Below, one piece after another: positions 9,491 through 18,294 of a stretch of DNA of 64,000 bases; the first letter of the stretch is position 1, and each line of letters opens with the position of its first letter. The notes beneath the pieces are model-generated. The model saw nothing but the letters and a program-made list of their open reading frames with translations, was not told the DNA's origin and did no database searches. The stretch spans positions 23,634-87,633 of the forward strand of contig JAHFNJ010000002.1 in the NCBI GenBank assembly GCA_023267375.1, read 5' to 3'. Position numbers and translations under genes: made by a program. This DNA comes from Candidatus Nomurabacteria bacterium. Lineage in GTDB: Bacteria; Patescibacteriota; Minisyncoccia; Phycocordibacterales; UBA9973.

Positions 9491-9575
9491 CGGAGACGGT
9501 GAGATTCGAACTCACGAGGGCTTGCGCCCTGCCTCCTTAGCAAGGAGGTACGTTAGACCACTCCGACACGTCTCC
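9491..9575 (-). tRNA. tRNA-Ser (anticodon GCT), type II with a long variable arm
   Basis: The reverse complement folds into a cloverleaf. The acceptor stem is GGAGACG/CGTCTCC. The anticodon arm is CCTCC-TTGCTAA-GGAGG. The variable arm is 16 nt and the T-arm is GTGAG-TTCGAAT-CTCAC. CCA is not encoded. Confidence 0.7.
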
Positions 9576-9670
9576 ATATAATACTAACCCAATAAAACTA
9601 GCATATTTTAATTCTTTTCTCCACTTACCTATTTTGTTTTCGGGCTACTTTTTGCTATAACAGAGCCTAC

Positions 9671-9755
9671 GGAGGCGTGGATGAGTGGTTTAAATCAACG
9701 GTTTACTAAACCGTCGTTCCGCAAGGAACCGTGAGTTCGAATCTCACCGCCTCCG
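9671..9755 (+). tRNA. Type-II tRNA, Ser-like, with an apparent anticodon ACT
   Basis: The acceptor stem is GGAGGCG/CGCCTCC and the D-stem is GAT/ATC. The anticodon arm is ACGGT-TTACTAA-ACCGT. The variable arm is GTTCC-GCAA-GGAAC and the T-arm is GTGAG-TTCGAAT-CTCAC. The anticodon position is unusual (see findings). Confidence 0.55.
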
Positions 9756-9767
9756 CAAATGAAAATT

Positions 9768-9787
9768 GCCCCTTTTGGGGCTTTTTT
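9768..9787 (+). terminator. Rho-independent terminator, bidirectional-capable
   Basis: GCCCC-TTTT-GGGGC is followed by TTTTTT directly after the tRNA. Confidence 0.6.
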
Positions 9788-9942
9788 CATTTGGGTGGCG
9801 AGCGAAGTGCCTGCGCACTTCGCGAGTGAGATTCGAACGACGGAATGTCATTTTTTCAGCAGAAAAAATGCATGAGTCGGTGGCTAGACCAAAAATTTCT
9901 GACGAGAAATTTTTGAGTCGAAGCCGAACTCCCGCCTCCGCT

Positions 9943-10311
9943 CTAGAATGCACCCAACTGCTGATTGAGACTTTCTGTCGCTTTTTGTATGGCTTCTGTT
10001 GTCCACACGTACGCCAGTGTAAATGTCACAATAGTTGAGACAACAAGGAGTGCAATCGCAATTGTGCCGATCGTTCCGGCTTTTTTATCTTTTGATTTGA
10101 AATATTTTACCCCTTTCCAATGTCCGATTCCTAAATAACAAATAGATGGCAGAATAATACTCAGAAGATACATCCCAATTTGTGTTTGTACTGTGGTGGA
10201 GAGTGGTGGTTCGTTTAGTTGTTTTCCGCAGTTTGAACAAAAATATGCGCCAGGCAAAACTGGCTGATGACAGACGGGGCAGGTCGCTATTTGTTGAGTA
10301 GTATTTTCCAT
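9943..10311 (-). CDS. Zinc-ribbon membrane protein (hypothetical)
   Basis: It has an N-terminal CPVCHQ...CSNCGK zinc ribbon and two TM helices. Confidence 0.4.
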   Translation of the reverse strand: MENTTQQIATCPVCHQPVLPGAYFCSNCGKQLNEPPLSTTVQTQIGMYLLSIILPSICYLGIGHWKGVKYFKSKDKKAGTIGTIAIALLVVSTIVTFTLAYVWTTEAIQKATESLNQQLGAF

Positions 10312-10329
10312 TACTTTGAGTATAGCAGT

Positions 10330-11526
10330 TTAATTTATTTTTTTATCCCACAAATCCCAGATCATACCCGCGATATTTTTTGGTTTGCCTTCAAGTGCAA
10401 AATAGTGGAGGTCAATAAAGGGGAGTGTATTCGATTCGATGATGCCCCAGCGTTGCGTGCTCTCCTCTTTTGTTGGGTCAGGAACAATACAATCAAACCC
10501 GACAACGATAATGTTGAGCGTTCGTGCAGCTTGTTCAATGATGGGAATGAAGCTCGGGTGGAGTTCGTCGAGCATTTCTTTCGTGGTGCCTCCATAGAAG
10601 CGGCCCGTACGATGGGTAAGTGGGAGCACTTTGTCTTTTGGTAAAATACTTTCAAGCGAATAGCCAAAGCGGGTGATGTATTCTTTCATTTCGTCTGTCA
10701 CGACAATTGCTTCAATGCGTTCAGAGCGATTTTTGTTTTTCTCATCTATAAGTACGGCAATAGGTTGCACTCCATCACCAGTTATAAACGGTGTACTTGC
10801 ACGGTAAAATCCAGCAAGTTTTCCATCAATTACAGTGGCGCGGCATACGTCACCCAATAGGTGTTCTTCAATAGCGAGACGGGGAGCAATGATATGTCCA
10901 ACCTTAATTGCTGCATGGAGCATTTCTGGTGTTGTGATGTGTGTTGTTGTGTGGCGTCCACGTGACCCAGCTCGTGGTTTTACAATAAGTGTGTTTCCAA
11001 GTTCGTTAAATATACTCACTGCATCTATCTTTGAAAAGAGTGATATTTCTTTAAAACGTGGCACAGGGATATGCGCCGCATGAAGTACTCGTTTCATTAA
11101 AATTTTGTCGTCCCACTTCTCACTATCATCGGAGCGTTTTGGTGGAATAGGGAGACTTTGGAAATAGTGCCATTTTCCTTGTATTTTTGCGCGATAAAAT
11201 TCAAAGGGTTTACCGAGCAAGATACCTTGTTGCATGGGGATGCCACGGCGAAGTGCTTCTTCCCAAATAACTCGAGAACGATGAGTGAGTGTTTTTTCAG
11301 GATCATCTGAGAAGCGAGCGAGTCCAAGAAGAGAAAAGGAAGAAAAAATAGCACCAGGAATCCAGTCGACGAATCGTTCAAGTGGTGCGGGGGCAAGTTT
11401 GGCGAGTGGAAGCATGAAAGGCTCAATAATAGATCCAATGCAGGCTTCAGTAAAAGTGAGTCGGTGACTAATAGCAGCATCACCGCAGTATGTGCAATTA
11501 CTTTGTTTAGGTTTAGGTTCGTGCAT
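10330..11526 (-). CDS. ATP-grasp family enzyme with an N-terminal Cys-cluster domain
   Basis: It carries the ATP-grasp signatures DKILMKRVLHAAHIPVPRF and LIVKPRAGSRGRHTT, plus an N-terminal CTYCGD. Confidence 0.5.
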   Translation of the reverse strand: MHEPKPKQSNCTYCGDAAISHRLTFTEACIGSIIEPFMLPLAKLAPAPLERFVDWIPGAIFSSFSLLGLARFSDDPEKTLTHRSRVIWEEALRRGIPMQQGILLGKPFEFYRAKIQGKWHYFQSLPIPPKRSDDSEKWDDKILMKRVLHAAHIPVPRFKEISLFSKIDAVSIFNELGNTLIVKPRAGSRGRHTTTHITTPEMLHAAIKVGHIIAPRLAIEEHLLGDVCRATVIDGKLAGFYRASTPFITGDGVQPIAVLIDEKNKNRSERIEAIVVTDEMKEYITRFGYSLESILPKDKVLPLTHRTGRFYGGTTKEMLDELHPSFIPIIEQAARTLNIIVVGFDCIVPDPTKEESTQRWGIIESNTLPFIDLHYFALEGKPKNIAGMIWDLWDKKIN

Positions 11527-11670
11527 AAAGTTTTGAATCAGCGCATTTCTTCGTTGCTTCGCTCGTTTGCTTCCGCGCAGTAGGATTTACTACAGCTTGG
11601 TCGCAAGCCTCGCTTGCGCCTCGAACTGCATCCGATTCGAAGCTTTATGAAAATGCTTTTATTAATGGGA

Positions 11671-11695
11671 AACAAAAAGGCGGCTTGCGCCGTCT
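11671..11695 (-). terminator. Rho-independent terminator downstream of comFC (minus strand)
   Basis: On the minus strand GGCG-CAAGC-CGCC is followed by TTTTTGTTT. Confidence 0.45.
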
Positions 11696-11821
11696 CTTTG
11701 TGTAACCGGCAAAACCGATTAGTGGCCTCCGAGTATCATATGTTTTTGACTATGATGAAACTCATAAAACCGACCGAATATAGTATACCGCACAATTCCA
11801 TTTTTTAACAAAAGTAAAACG

Positions 11822-12472
11822 TTAATGTGCCACTGTAAGGGCTGTCACCGTTTTTGCCCCAGCTTCCTTTAAGACCCGTTTTGCCTCAATAAGTGTGGCA
11901 CCAGTAGTAACAATATCATCTATAAGTAGTATGTGTGCCCCGTAGACCGTGACTGGATTGATTACCGTAAATGAGCCATACACATTTCCTAAACGCTCAG
12001 TTCGACTTTTTGTTTCTGTTTGACTCTTGGTATGAATACTTTTTCTAAGAACAAGTGGCGTAAACATCAGTATTTTTTCTGTATCAGCTTCACAAATACC
12101 TTTTGCTAACAGGAGTGCTTGGTTGTAGCCGCGCTTTTTCTTTCGTGAGAGTGAAGCGGGGATGGGGATTACAAGCCAGCGTTTATTGTCGGCGAATAGT
12201 TTTTCTTCAGCAGCTTCTTCTAAAAAATGTTCATAGAGTAATTTGCCAAAAATGTTTCCAAGTAGTTTTCTATTTCCATACTTGAGTGCCCACAATGCCT
12301 TACGAACCTTCGGGTCTTTGTAGTAGTACAATGGAAGTATCCATTCCTTTGGGAACGGATCAGCGGGGGAGAACCCCTGTATGCATGTGTTACAGAGCGT
12401 CTCATCCTTTTTATTACAGGAAACACAACGTTCAGGAAAGAATAATGAAAGCAGATGCTGTAAAATGTTCAT
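11822..12472 (-). CDS. comFC: ComF family protein (ComFC-like phosphoribosyltransferase), competence-associated
   Basis: It has N-terminal CxxC...CxxC motifs, a C-terminal PRTase motif LLIDDIVTTGATL, and is 216 aa. Confidence 0.7.
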   Translation of the reverse strand: MNILQHLLSLFFPERCVSCNKKDETLCNTCIQGFSPADPFPKEWILPLYYYKDPKVRKALWALKYGNRKLLGNIFGKLLYEHFLEEAAEEKLFADNKRWLVIPIPASLSRKKKRGYNQALLLAKGICEADTEKILMFTPLVLRKSIHTKSQTETKSRTERLGNVYGSFTVINPVTVYGAHILLIDDIVTTGATLIEAKRVLKEAGAKTVTALTVAH

Positions 12473-12523
12473 TAGTTATATGATACAATATTACATACAG
12501 TAAGAAACGAAGAAAACTATTGC

Positions 12524-13663
12524 ATGGACAATCCATTTAAAACAATCTTAGATACTGGACTCAATCTTTTTAAGGGGGGCGCTGATCAAAGTGAAAGCGT
12601 TGTTGGTATTGATATTGGTACGTCTTCAATTAAAGTCGTCCAGCTCAAAAAGAAAAAAGGTAAGGCAGTACTTGAAACGTACGGTGCGATTGCGCTTGGT
12701 CCGTATGCGGGGCTTGATGTCGGTGCGGTTACCAACTTGCCGCTTGAAAAGGTAAGTCAGGCAATCAATGATGTGCTTCGTGAATCAAACATTACCACCA
12801 ACGATGGTGCGTTTTCGATTCCGTCATCAGCTAGTCTGATATTCGTGGCTGAGTTGCCGCCGCAAGTTTCAGAACAGGATTACGCAACAGTGGTACCGAC
12901 TGAAGCACGAAAGTATATCCCGGTACCCATTTCAGAAGTGTCACTCGATTGGTGGGCGATTCCGCGACCAGAACCAGAATTTGAAGGAAGTGCTGATCTT
13001 GATGTTGAAAAAGCATCATCGCGTATAAAAAAAGAAGTACTTATTGCAGCGATTCATAATGATGCCCTGACAAAATTTAAAGATATTTTAAAAACAATTC
13101 CTGTGCATGGGGGGTTGTTTGAAATTGAAGTATTCTCAAGTGTGCGCGCTACATTCGGTCATGAGCTTTCGTCGGTGCTGATCATGGACTTTGGGGCTTC
13201 TAAGACAAAAATTTCTATTGTTGAACATGGCATTATGCGTGAGTTTCATATTGTGAATCGCGGATCAGCAGATATAACCGTAGCACTTTCAAAATCGCTT
13301 GGCATACCATTTCCGAAAGCAGAAGAGACAAAGCGCAAGTGGGGATTGGCAGGAAGTCCTGACGATAAAAATATTGCCGAAATTACACGCATATCTGTCG
13401 ACTATATTTTTTCGGAAACAAATAGTGTGATTTTAAACTACGAACGCAAATATAATAAGAGCATAAATAAGATTATCTTAACTGGCGGCGGATCACTCTT
13501 GCGGGGGATACTCGATAATGCGAAAGCAAATTTCCGCTGCGAGGTATCACTTGGCAATCCATTTTCCAAAGTAGAAGCACCTGTGTTCCTCGGTCCGGTG
13601 CTTGAAAGCACTGGACCAGAGTTTGCAGTAGCCGTTGGGTTGGCGCTTAAGAAACTACAATAG
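12524..13663 (+). CDS. pilM: Type IV pilus assembly protein PilM (actin-like ATPase fold)
   Basis: It reads GIDIGTSSIKVVQL... and is the first gene of the pilMNO block. Confidence 0.8.
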   Translation: MDNPFKTILDTGLNLFKGGADQSESVVGIDIGTSSIKVVQLKKKKGKAVLETYGAIALGPYAGLDVGAVTNLPLEKVSQAINDVLRESNITTNDGAFSIPSSASLIFVAELPPQVSEQDYATVVPTEARKYIPVPISEVSLDWWAIPRPEPEFEGSADLDVEKASSRIKKEVLIAAIHNDALTKFKDILKTIPVHGGLFEIEVFSSVRATFGHELSSVLIMDFGASKTKISIVEHGIMREFHIVNRGSADITVALSKSLGIPFPKAEETKRKWGLAGSPDDKNIAEITRISVDYIFSETNSVILNYERKYNKSINKIILTGGGSLLRGILDNAKANFRCEVSLGNPFSKVEAPVFLGPVLESTGPEFAVAVGLALKKLQ

Positions 13664-13795
13664 ATGTGATTAATGGTTTTACACAGCTTTCACTGGCGTA
13701 AATATAAAGATATAATGATATAATAGACGTGTATAGTAGGTGAGAGTGTTCAGTTCATTTTCTCTGTACAGTAATATTTTGTGTGATGATTCATT

Positions 13796-14482
13796 ATGGA
13801 TCAAGAATTTCAAACCTCTTTCATACCAAAGAAGCCACTTGCTGAGACGCGCCTTCCAAAGGCTCGGCCAGTTAATATTATTTCGTTTTTAGGAACGATC
13901 ATTTTTTTTGCATCACTCGCATCACTCGCAGGAGTTTATTTCTATAAAGCGTATTTAGGTAAACAGGTAGATACAATGAGTGCCAAACTTGCCAGCGCAG
14001 AAGCTGCGTATGAGCCAACACTCATTGCTGATTTGGAAAATGTTGATCGACGTATCACTGACGCAAAGGATATTTTGAAAAACCACGTCATGACCTCGCC
14101 AATATTTGAAGCGCTTGAAGATATGACTCTTCAGTCAATTCGTTTCACAAAGTTTTCTTATGTATATAGCGCCGATGGAAAAAAGGTTGAAGTAAAGATG
14201 TCGGGACAAGCGAAAGATTATAACGCTATTGCTGCACAGTCCGATATTTTAGGTAAAAATAAATATATTGATAATCCAGTGTTTTCAAATTTGAATTTGG
14301 ATGACAAGGGTCGGGTCTCCTTTGATTTATTTTTCTCAGTTGATCCTCTCTTTGTAAGTTATCAAGATATTCTTGATCGAAACTCTGGCGGATCGCCGAC
14401 CGATAATCAATCACCTGCTGCAGGCGGGGCAACTGGTGATATTTTCCCAACAGATACTTCAGGGGGTGCAACCACACAATAA
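13796..14482 (+). CDS. pilN: PilN-like pilus assembly protein
   Basis: It has a single N-terminal TM helix and sits directly after pilM. The C-terminus is a low-complexity G/T/S-rich tail. Confidence 0.55.
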   Translation: MDQEFQTSFIPKKPLAETRLPKARPVNIISFLGTIIFFASLASLAGVYFYKAYLGKQVDTMSAKLASAEAAYEPTLIADLENVDRRITDAKDILKNHVMTSPIFEALEDMTLQSIRFTKFSYVYSADGKKVEVKMSGQAKDYNAIAAQSDILGKNKYIDNPVFSNLNLDDKGRVSFDLFFSVDPLFVSYQDILDRNSGGSPTDNQSPAAGGATGDIFPTDTSGGATTQ

Positions 14483-14483
14483 T

Positions 14484-15050
14484 ATGTTTAAATCACTTAC
14501 ACCAATCATCTTAATAGGAGTCGCGGTTGTCATATTTTTTATGTTCACAAACCCGATGTATGCGAAGGTTCAAGAATTGCAGAAGCAGGTTGCTGGCTTC
14601 AATGATGCAATTTCAAATGCACAAGACCTTCAATCAGTACGCGATGAACTTTCTGCAAAATATAATTCATTTCCACCTGAGAGTCTGAATCGTCTCGTGA
14701 AACTGTTGCCTGACAATGTAAACAATATTCGCCTCATCCTTGATATTAAAGGTATCGCTGATAAGTATGGACTACAGATTCAGAATGTGAAATTTGACCC
14801 CGCAGGAGAAGTAAATCCTACACAAGTACCACAGAGTTCAAAGGGACTTGCGGCACAAACTAAGGATTATGGGGTATTTAATTTTGAGTTTTCAACTACA
14901 GGTTCATATAATAGTTTTGTTAAGTTTGTTGCTGATATGGAGAAAAGTTTACGTATTATTGACATCAATTCTATTAATTTTGCTTCGAGTGATGCATCGA
15001 GTAATTATCGGTATGATTTTAAAATTACAACATATTGGTTAAAACATTAG
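14484..15050 (+). CDS. pilO: PilO-like pilus assembly protein
   Basis: It begins MFKSLTPIILIGVAVVIFFMF..., with an N-terminal TM helix and a coiled coil. Its ATG is 2 nt after the pilN stop. The ORF-track 5' extension to 14373 overlaps pilN and is rejected. Confidence 0.5.
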   Translation: MFKSLTPIILIGVAVVIFFMFTNPMYAKVQELQKQVAGFNDAISNAQDLQSVRDELSAKYNSFPPESLNRLVKLLPDNVNNIRLILDIKGIADKYGLQIQNVKFDPAGEVNPTQVPQSSKGLAAQTKDYGVFNFEFSTTGSYNSFVKFVADMEKSLRIIDINSINFASSDASSNYRYDFKITTYWLKH

Positions 15051-15051
15051 C

Positions 15052-15780
15052 ATGAAAAATCTACGTAAAATTTTACTCTTTGTCTTTATCTTTGCGATTT
15101 TGGTCGTAGGTTATATGTTTTTTTCAAAAAAAGACACTAATCAACCAGCTGCTTCTGGGACGCTTGGTTCGACTACTGGTGTTGCGAATGTTTCAGGGAG
15201 TGCCGGTCGGACGGGCGTAGGAAGCGATATTGGTCGTGAGTTTCTAACATCACTCCTTAATTTGAAGAATATTACCCTCGATGATTCACTCTTTACAGAA
15301 CCATCATTTACTAGTCTCCAAGATTTCAGCACAACAGTTGCGGCAACAAGCGCACAGGGCCGTCCCAACCCTTTTGCACCACTTGGTCTTGATTCTAGTA
15401 CCGCTACTAGTGCACTTGGTGGAGGGAATGGATTAGTAGTAGAACTTCCTCCTGTTTCGGGTGGGGCTAGTGGTGGAGCTGATACAGGCAACGGTTCTAT
15501 TCCGGCAGTAAATACACTCTCTGCAGATTTGATTACACGCACAACCGCGACGTTGCATGGTTCATTTAGTCAGTCGTCAGGAGGAGCAAGATTCTTTGAG
15601 TGGGGGACCTCTTCCTCTTTAGGTACGACAACAGCTGAAGAAACTCCAGTAGGAACTACATGGAGTAAAAAGATAACAGGATTAACACCAGCTACCACAT
15701 ATTCATTCCGTGCAAGTGCAAAAGTTGGAACGCTTACATTTTACGGACCAATTCTTACTTTTAAGACACTTGCTCAGTAA
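15052..15780 (+). CDS. Membrane-anchored protein of the pilus cluster (PilP-like?)
   Basis: It has an N-terminal TM helix and a Gly/Ser/Thr-rich region. The call rests on its position in the operon. Confidence 0.3.
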   Translation: MKNLRKILLFVFIFAILVVGYMFFSKKDTNQPAASGTLGSTTGVANVSGSAGRTGVGSDIGREFLTSLLNLKNITLDDSLFTEPSFTSLQDFSTTVAATSAQGRPNPFAPLGLDSSTATSALGGGNGLVVELPPVSGGASGGADTGNGSIPAVNTLSADLITRTTATLHGSFSQSSGGARFFEWGTSSSLGTTTAEETPVGTTWSKKITGLTPATTYSFRASAKVGTLTFYGPILTFKTLAQ

Positions 15781-15804
15781 GAAAGAAAAAATAATTATCT
15801 TTAT

Positions 15805-15830
15805 AAATCCGCCCTATGGCGGATTTATTT
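15805..15830 (+). terminator. Rho-independent terminator
   Basis: AAATCCGCC-CTAT-GGCGGATTT is followed by ATTT. Confidence 0.55.
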
Positions 15831-16004
15831 CGACAAGCGAGGAACGAATAAATGAGCATCTTCATTTATTACGTCCGAGTCCAAGTCGAAATATAAGGGT
15901 TCTCGGATCTACTGCGGACAAGTGCGAGTAACTTGAATTCTGCCAAATCCCATTTTCCCCTAGTAGATACCGCTTTTATAATTTAAAATGATATACTTAT
16001 TCAT

Positions 16005-17741
16005 ATGAGTTTTCTTGAAGAATTGGCAAGTAAAGGAGTGCTCCGCGAAAATCAGCTTCAGGAGATAACGCGACGCGCAGCGCAGAAATATAATGGCGAC
16101 ACTGACGAAGTACTCGTTGAGATGGGTTTTGATGAACAGGAACTTTTGAAAGCAAAGAGTCAGTACTTTAATATTCCCGCAAAGTCAGTTGATCAGAAGG
16201 CCGTGTCGTTTGATCTCTTAAAATATATTCCCGAGGATTCTGCAACCCATTACCAATTTGCGCCGATTGGTCTTGCGAGCAACGTACTTGAAGTTGGGGT
16301 AACCAATCCAGAAAATATTCAAGCCATGGATGCACTGCAATTTATTGCAGGAAAATTGGGGATACCGTACAAAATTTTTCTGATTTCAAAATCTGATTTC
16401 AAAAAGATAATGGCAAGCTACAAGGGTATTACTGGAGAAGTCGAACAGGCAATTTCTGAAATCAATGTTGATGATCTTGCCAATGTTTCGACTGATGATG
16501 TTTCAACCGAAGCAACAAAAGTACAAGGGAATTTGAAGCCGGGCGAGGAAGAAAAAATTGTTGAAGATGCACCGATTATTAAGATTGTGGCTGTCATTCT
16601 TCGTCATGCGGTAGAGGGGAGTGCTTCTGATATTCATATTGAAAATACTGGAGATAAGATTAAGGTTCGCTTTCGTGTTGACGGTGTGTTACATACAAGT
16701 CTTGTGTTGCCGCAGAATGTGTACGCTGGAGTAGTTGCGCGTATTAAAATTCTTTCAAAACTTCGTCTTGATGAAAAACGAAAACCGCAAGATGGCGGAT
16801 TTTCTGCGCGTATCGAAGGAAGAAAGATTGATTTCCGTGTTTCAACATTGCCTGCCTACTACGGTGAAAAAGTCGTGATGCGTATTTTGGACTCAACTCG
16901 TGGTGTTAAGCCGCTTGCTGAACTCGGGCTCTCAAAACGTAACTTAGAGCTTATTCAATCCGCACTCAAAAAACCGTATGGCCTTGTTCTCATTACTGGA
17001 CCAACAGGCTCCGGTAAGACTACAACGCTCTATTCAATGCTCAATGAACTTGATCGAGAGAAGGCAAATGTTGTGTCTCTAGAGGATCCGGTTGAGTACC
17101 ACATTCCTGACGTGAATCAATCCCAAATGATGCCAGAAATTGGGTATGATTTCTCGACTGGTCTTCGTAGTGTGCTCCGTCAAGACCCAGATATCATTAT
17201 GGTGGGAGAAATTCGTGACAAAGAAACCGCGCAGTTAGCTATTCAAGCTGCACTTACTGGACACCTCGTGCTTTCAACACTGCACACAAATAATGCCGTC
17301 GGTGTTATTCCGCGTCTTGTTGATATGGGAATTGATCCTTATTTGATTGCCCCGACGCTTATACTAGCAGTCGCGCAGCGCCTTTCTCGTGTTATTTGTC
17401 CATCATCCAAACACGCAGTCCCAATTGATGATTCACTCCATCAGATGATCGAAAAGGAGTTTACTGACCTCTCTGAAGAGTTCCGTAAAGATCTTCCTAT
17501 TGGAAACGAGCTTTCTGAGGCACTACCATCACCAGAATGCCCTTCAGGTACACGCGGGCGTATTGCTGTCTTTGAAATGTTTGAAGTAGATAAAGAGATG
17601 GAGGCAACTATTCTTAAAAATCCAACTGAACCAGAGATTTATAAGGCAGCACGTGCAAAGGGGATGCTCACTATGCGGGAGGATGCTATTATTAAAAGTG
17701 CAGAGGGGGTGGTTCCGCTTACTGAAGTGTATAACTTGTAG
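16005..17741 (+). CDS. pilB: Type IV pilus assembly ATPase PilB (GspE family)
   Basis: It has a Walker A motif (GPTGSGKTTTLYSML), Asp/His boxes and a C-terminal tetracysteine-like motif, and is 578 aa. Confidence 0.9.
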   Translation: MSFLEELASKGVLRENQLQEITRRAAQKYNGDTDEVLVEMGFDEQELLKAKSQYFNIPAKSVDQKAVSFDLLKYIPEDSATHYQFAPIGLASNVLEVGVTNPENIQAMDALQFIAGKLGIPYKIFLISKSDFKKIMASYKGITGEVEQAISEINVDDLANVSTDDVSTEATKVQGNLKPGEEEKIVEDAPIIKIVAVILRHAVEGSASDIHIENTGDKIKVRFRVDGVLHTSLVLPQNVYAGVVARIKILSKLRLDEKRKPQDGGFSARIEGRKIDFRVSTLPAYYGEKVVMRILDSTRGVKPLAELGLSKRNLELIQSALKKPYGLVLITGPTGSGKTTTLYSMLNELDREKANVVSLEDPVEYHIPDVNQSQMMPEIGYDFSTGLRSVLRQDPDIIMVGEIRDKETAQLAIQAALTGHLVLSTLHTNNAVGVIPRLVDMGIDPYLIAPTLILAVAQRLSRVICPSSKHAVPIDDSLHQMIEKEFTDLSEEFRKDLPIGNELSEALPSPECPSGTRGRIAVFEMFEVDKEMEATILKNPTEPEIYKAARAKGMLTMREDAIIKSAEGVVPLTEVYNL

Positions 17742-17809
17742 TAGCGCACTCTTTTCGGGCAGTGTATAATAAATGAAGCGTTAGCAATTAGTAACCTAAA
17801 AAAAATCTC

Positions 17810-18208
17810 ATGGCGGAAAATTCAAAACAAAAAGTGCTCATCATTGACGACGATAATTTTTTGCTCGACATGTATGCGCTCAAGTTTAATCAATCAGGAT
17901 ATGAAGTCTACACAGCTTCTGGGGCAGAGGATACGCTAAAAAAACTTCGTGAAGGGCTTACCCCAGATGTGATGCTTATCGATATTGTTATGCCGATCAT
18001 GAATGGTTTTGAATTGATTGAGGCAATAAATAAAGAAGGTCTCGTGAAAGATACTGTCAAGATAATATTATCCAATCGTGGGCAGCAATCTGATATTGAG
18101 CGAGGGCAAGAATTGGGGACTGATGGATATATTGTGAAAGCAAACACAACGCCGTCCGAAGTTATAACGAAAGTATCAGAGATTATGGGAGCGAAGAAAA
18201 AGAAGTAA
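17810..18208 (+). CDS. Single-domain response regulator (CheY-like receiver, PilH/PilG-like)
   Basis: It reads KVLIIDDDNFLLDMY...DVMLIDIVMPIMNGFEL...K with a conserved Asp pocket. Confidence 0.75.
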   Translation: MAENSKQKVLIIDDDNFLLDMYALKFNQSGYEVYTASGAEDTLKKLREGLTPDVMLIDIVMPIMNGFELIEAINKEGLVKDTVKIILSNRGQQSDIERGQELGTDGYIVKANTTPSEVITKVSEIMGAKKKK

Positions 18209-18294
18209 GATCCTAAAGTCTAAATACTAAATTCTAAATGCATTTCTCCAGATTTCTTTAGTATTTAGATTTTAGAGTTTAGTATTTTTCTATT

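Noticed and set aside
9744-10038. ORFs 9744-9953 (minus) and 9766-10038 (plus) across the tRNA/hairpin region
   Set aside because: They run through a tRNA, a terminator and hairpins, and the plus one overlaps the convergent zinc-ribbon gene. They are spurious.
11527-11821. 295-bp spacer between the ATP-grasp gene and comFC as an ncRNA gene
   Set aside because: It contains a convincing minus-strand terminator and a few short hairpins. I could see no repeat-family relationship or conserved motif, so there is not enough evidence from sequence alone.
14373-14483. Upstream extension of the pilO ORF
   Set aside because: It lies entirely within pilN in another frame. The ATG at 14484 sits 2 nt after the pilN stop and starts the hydrophobic anchor.
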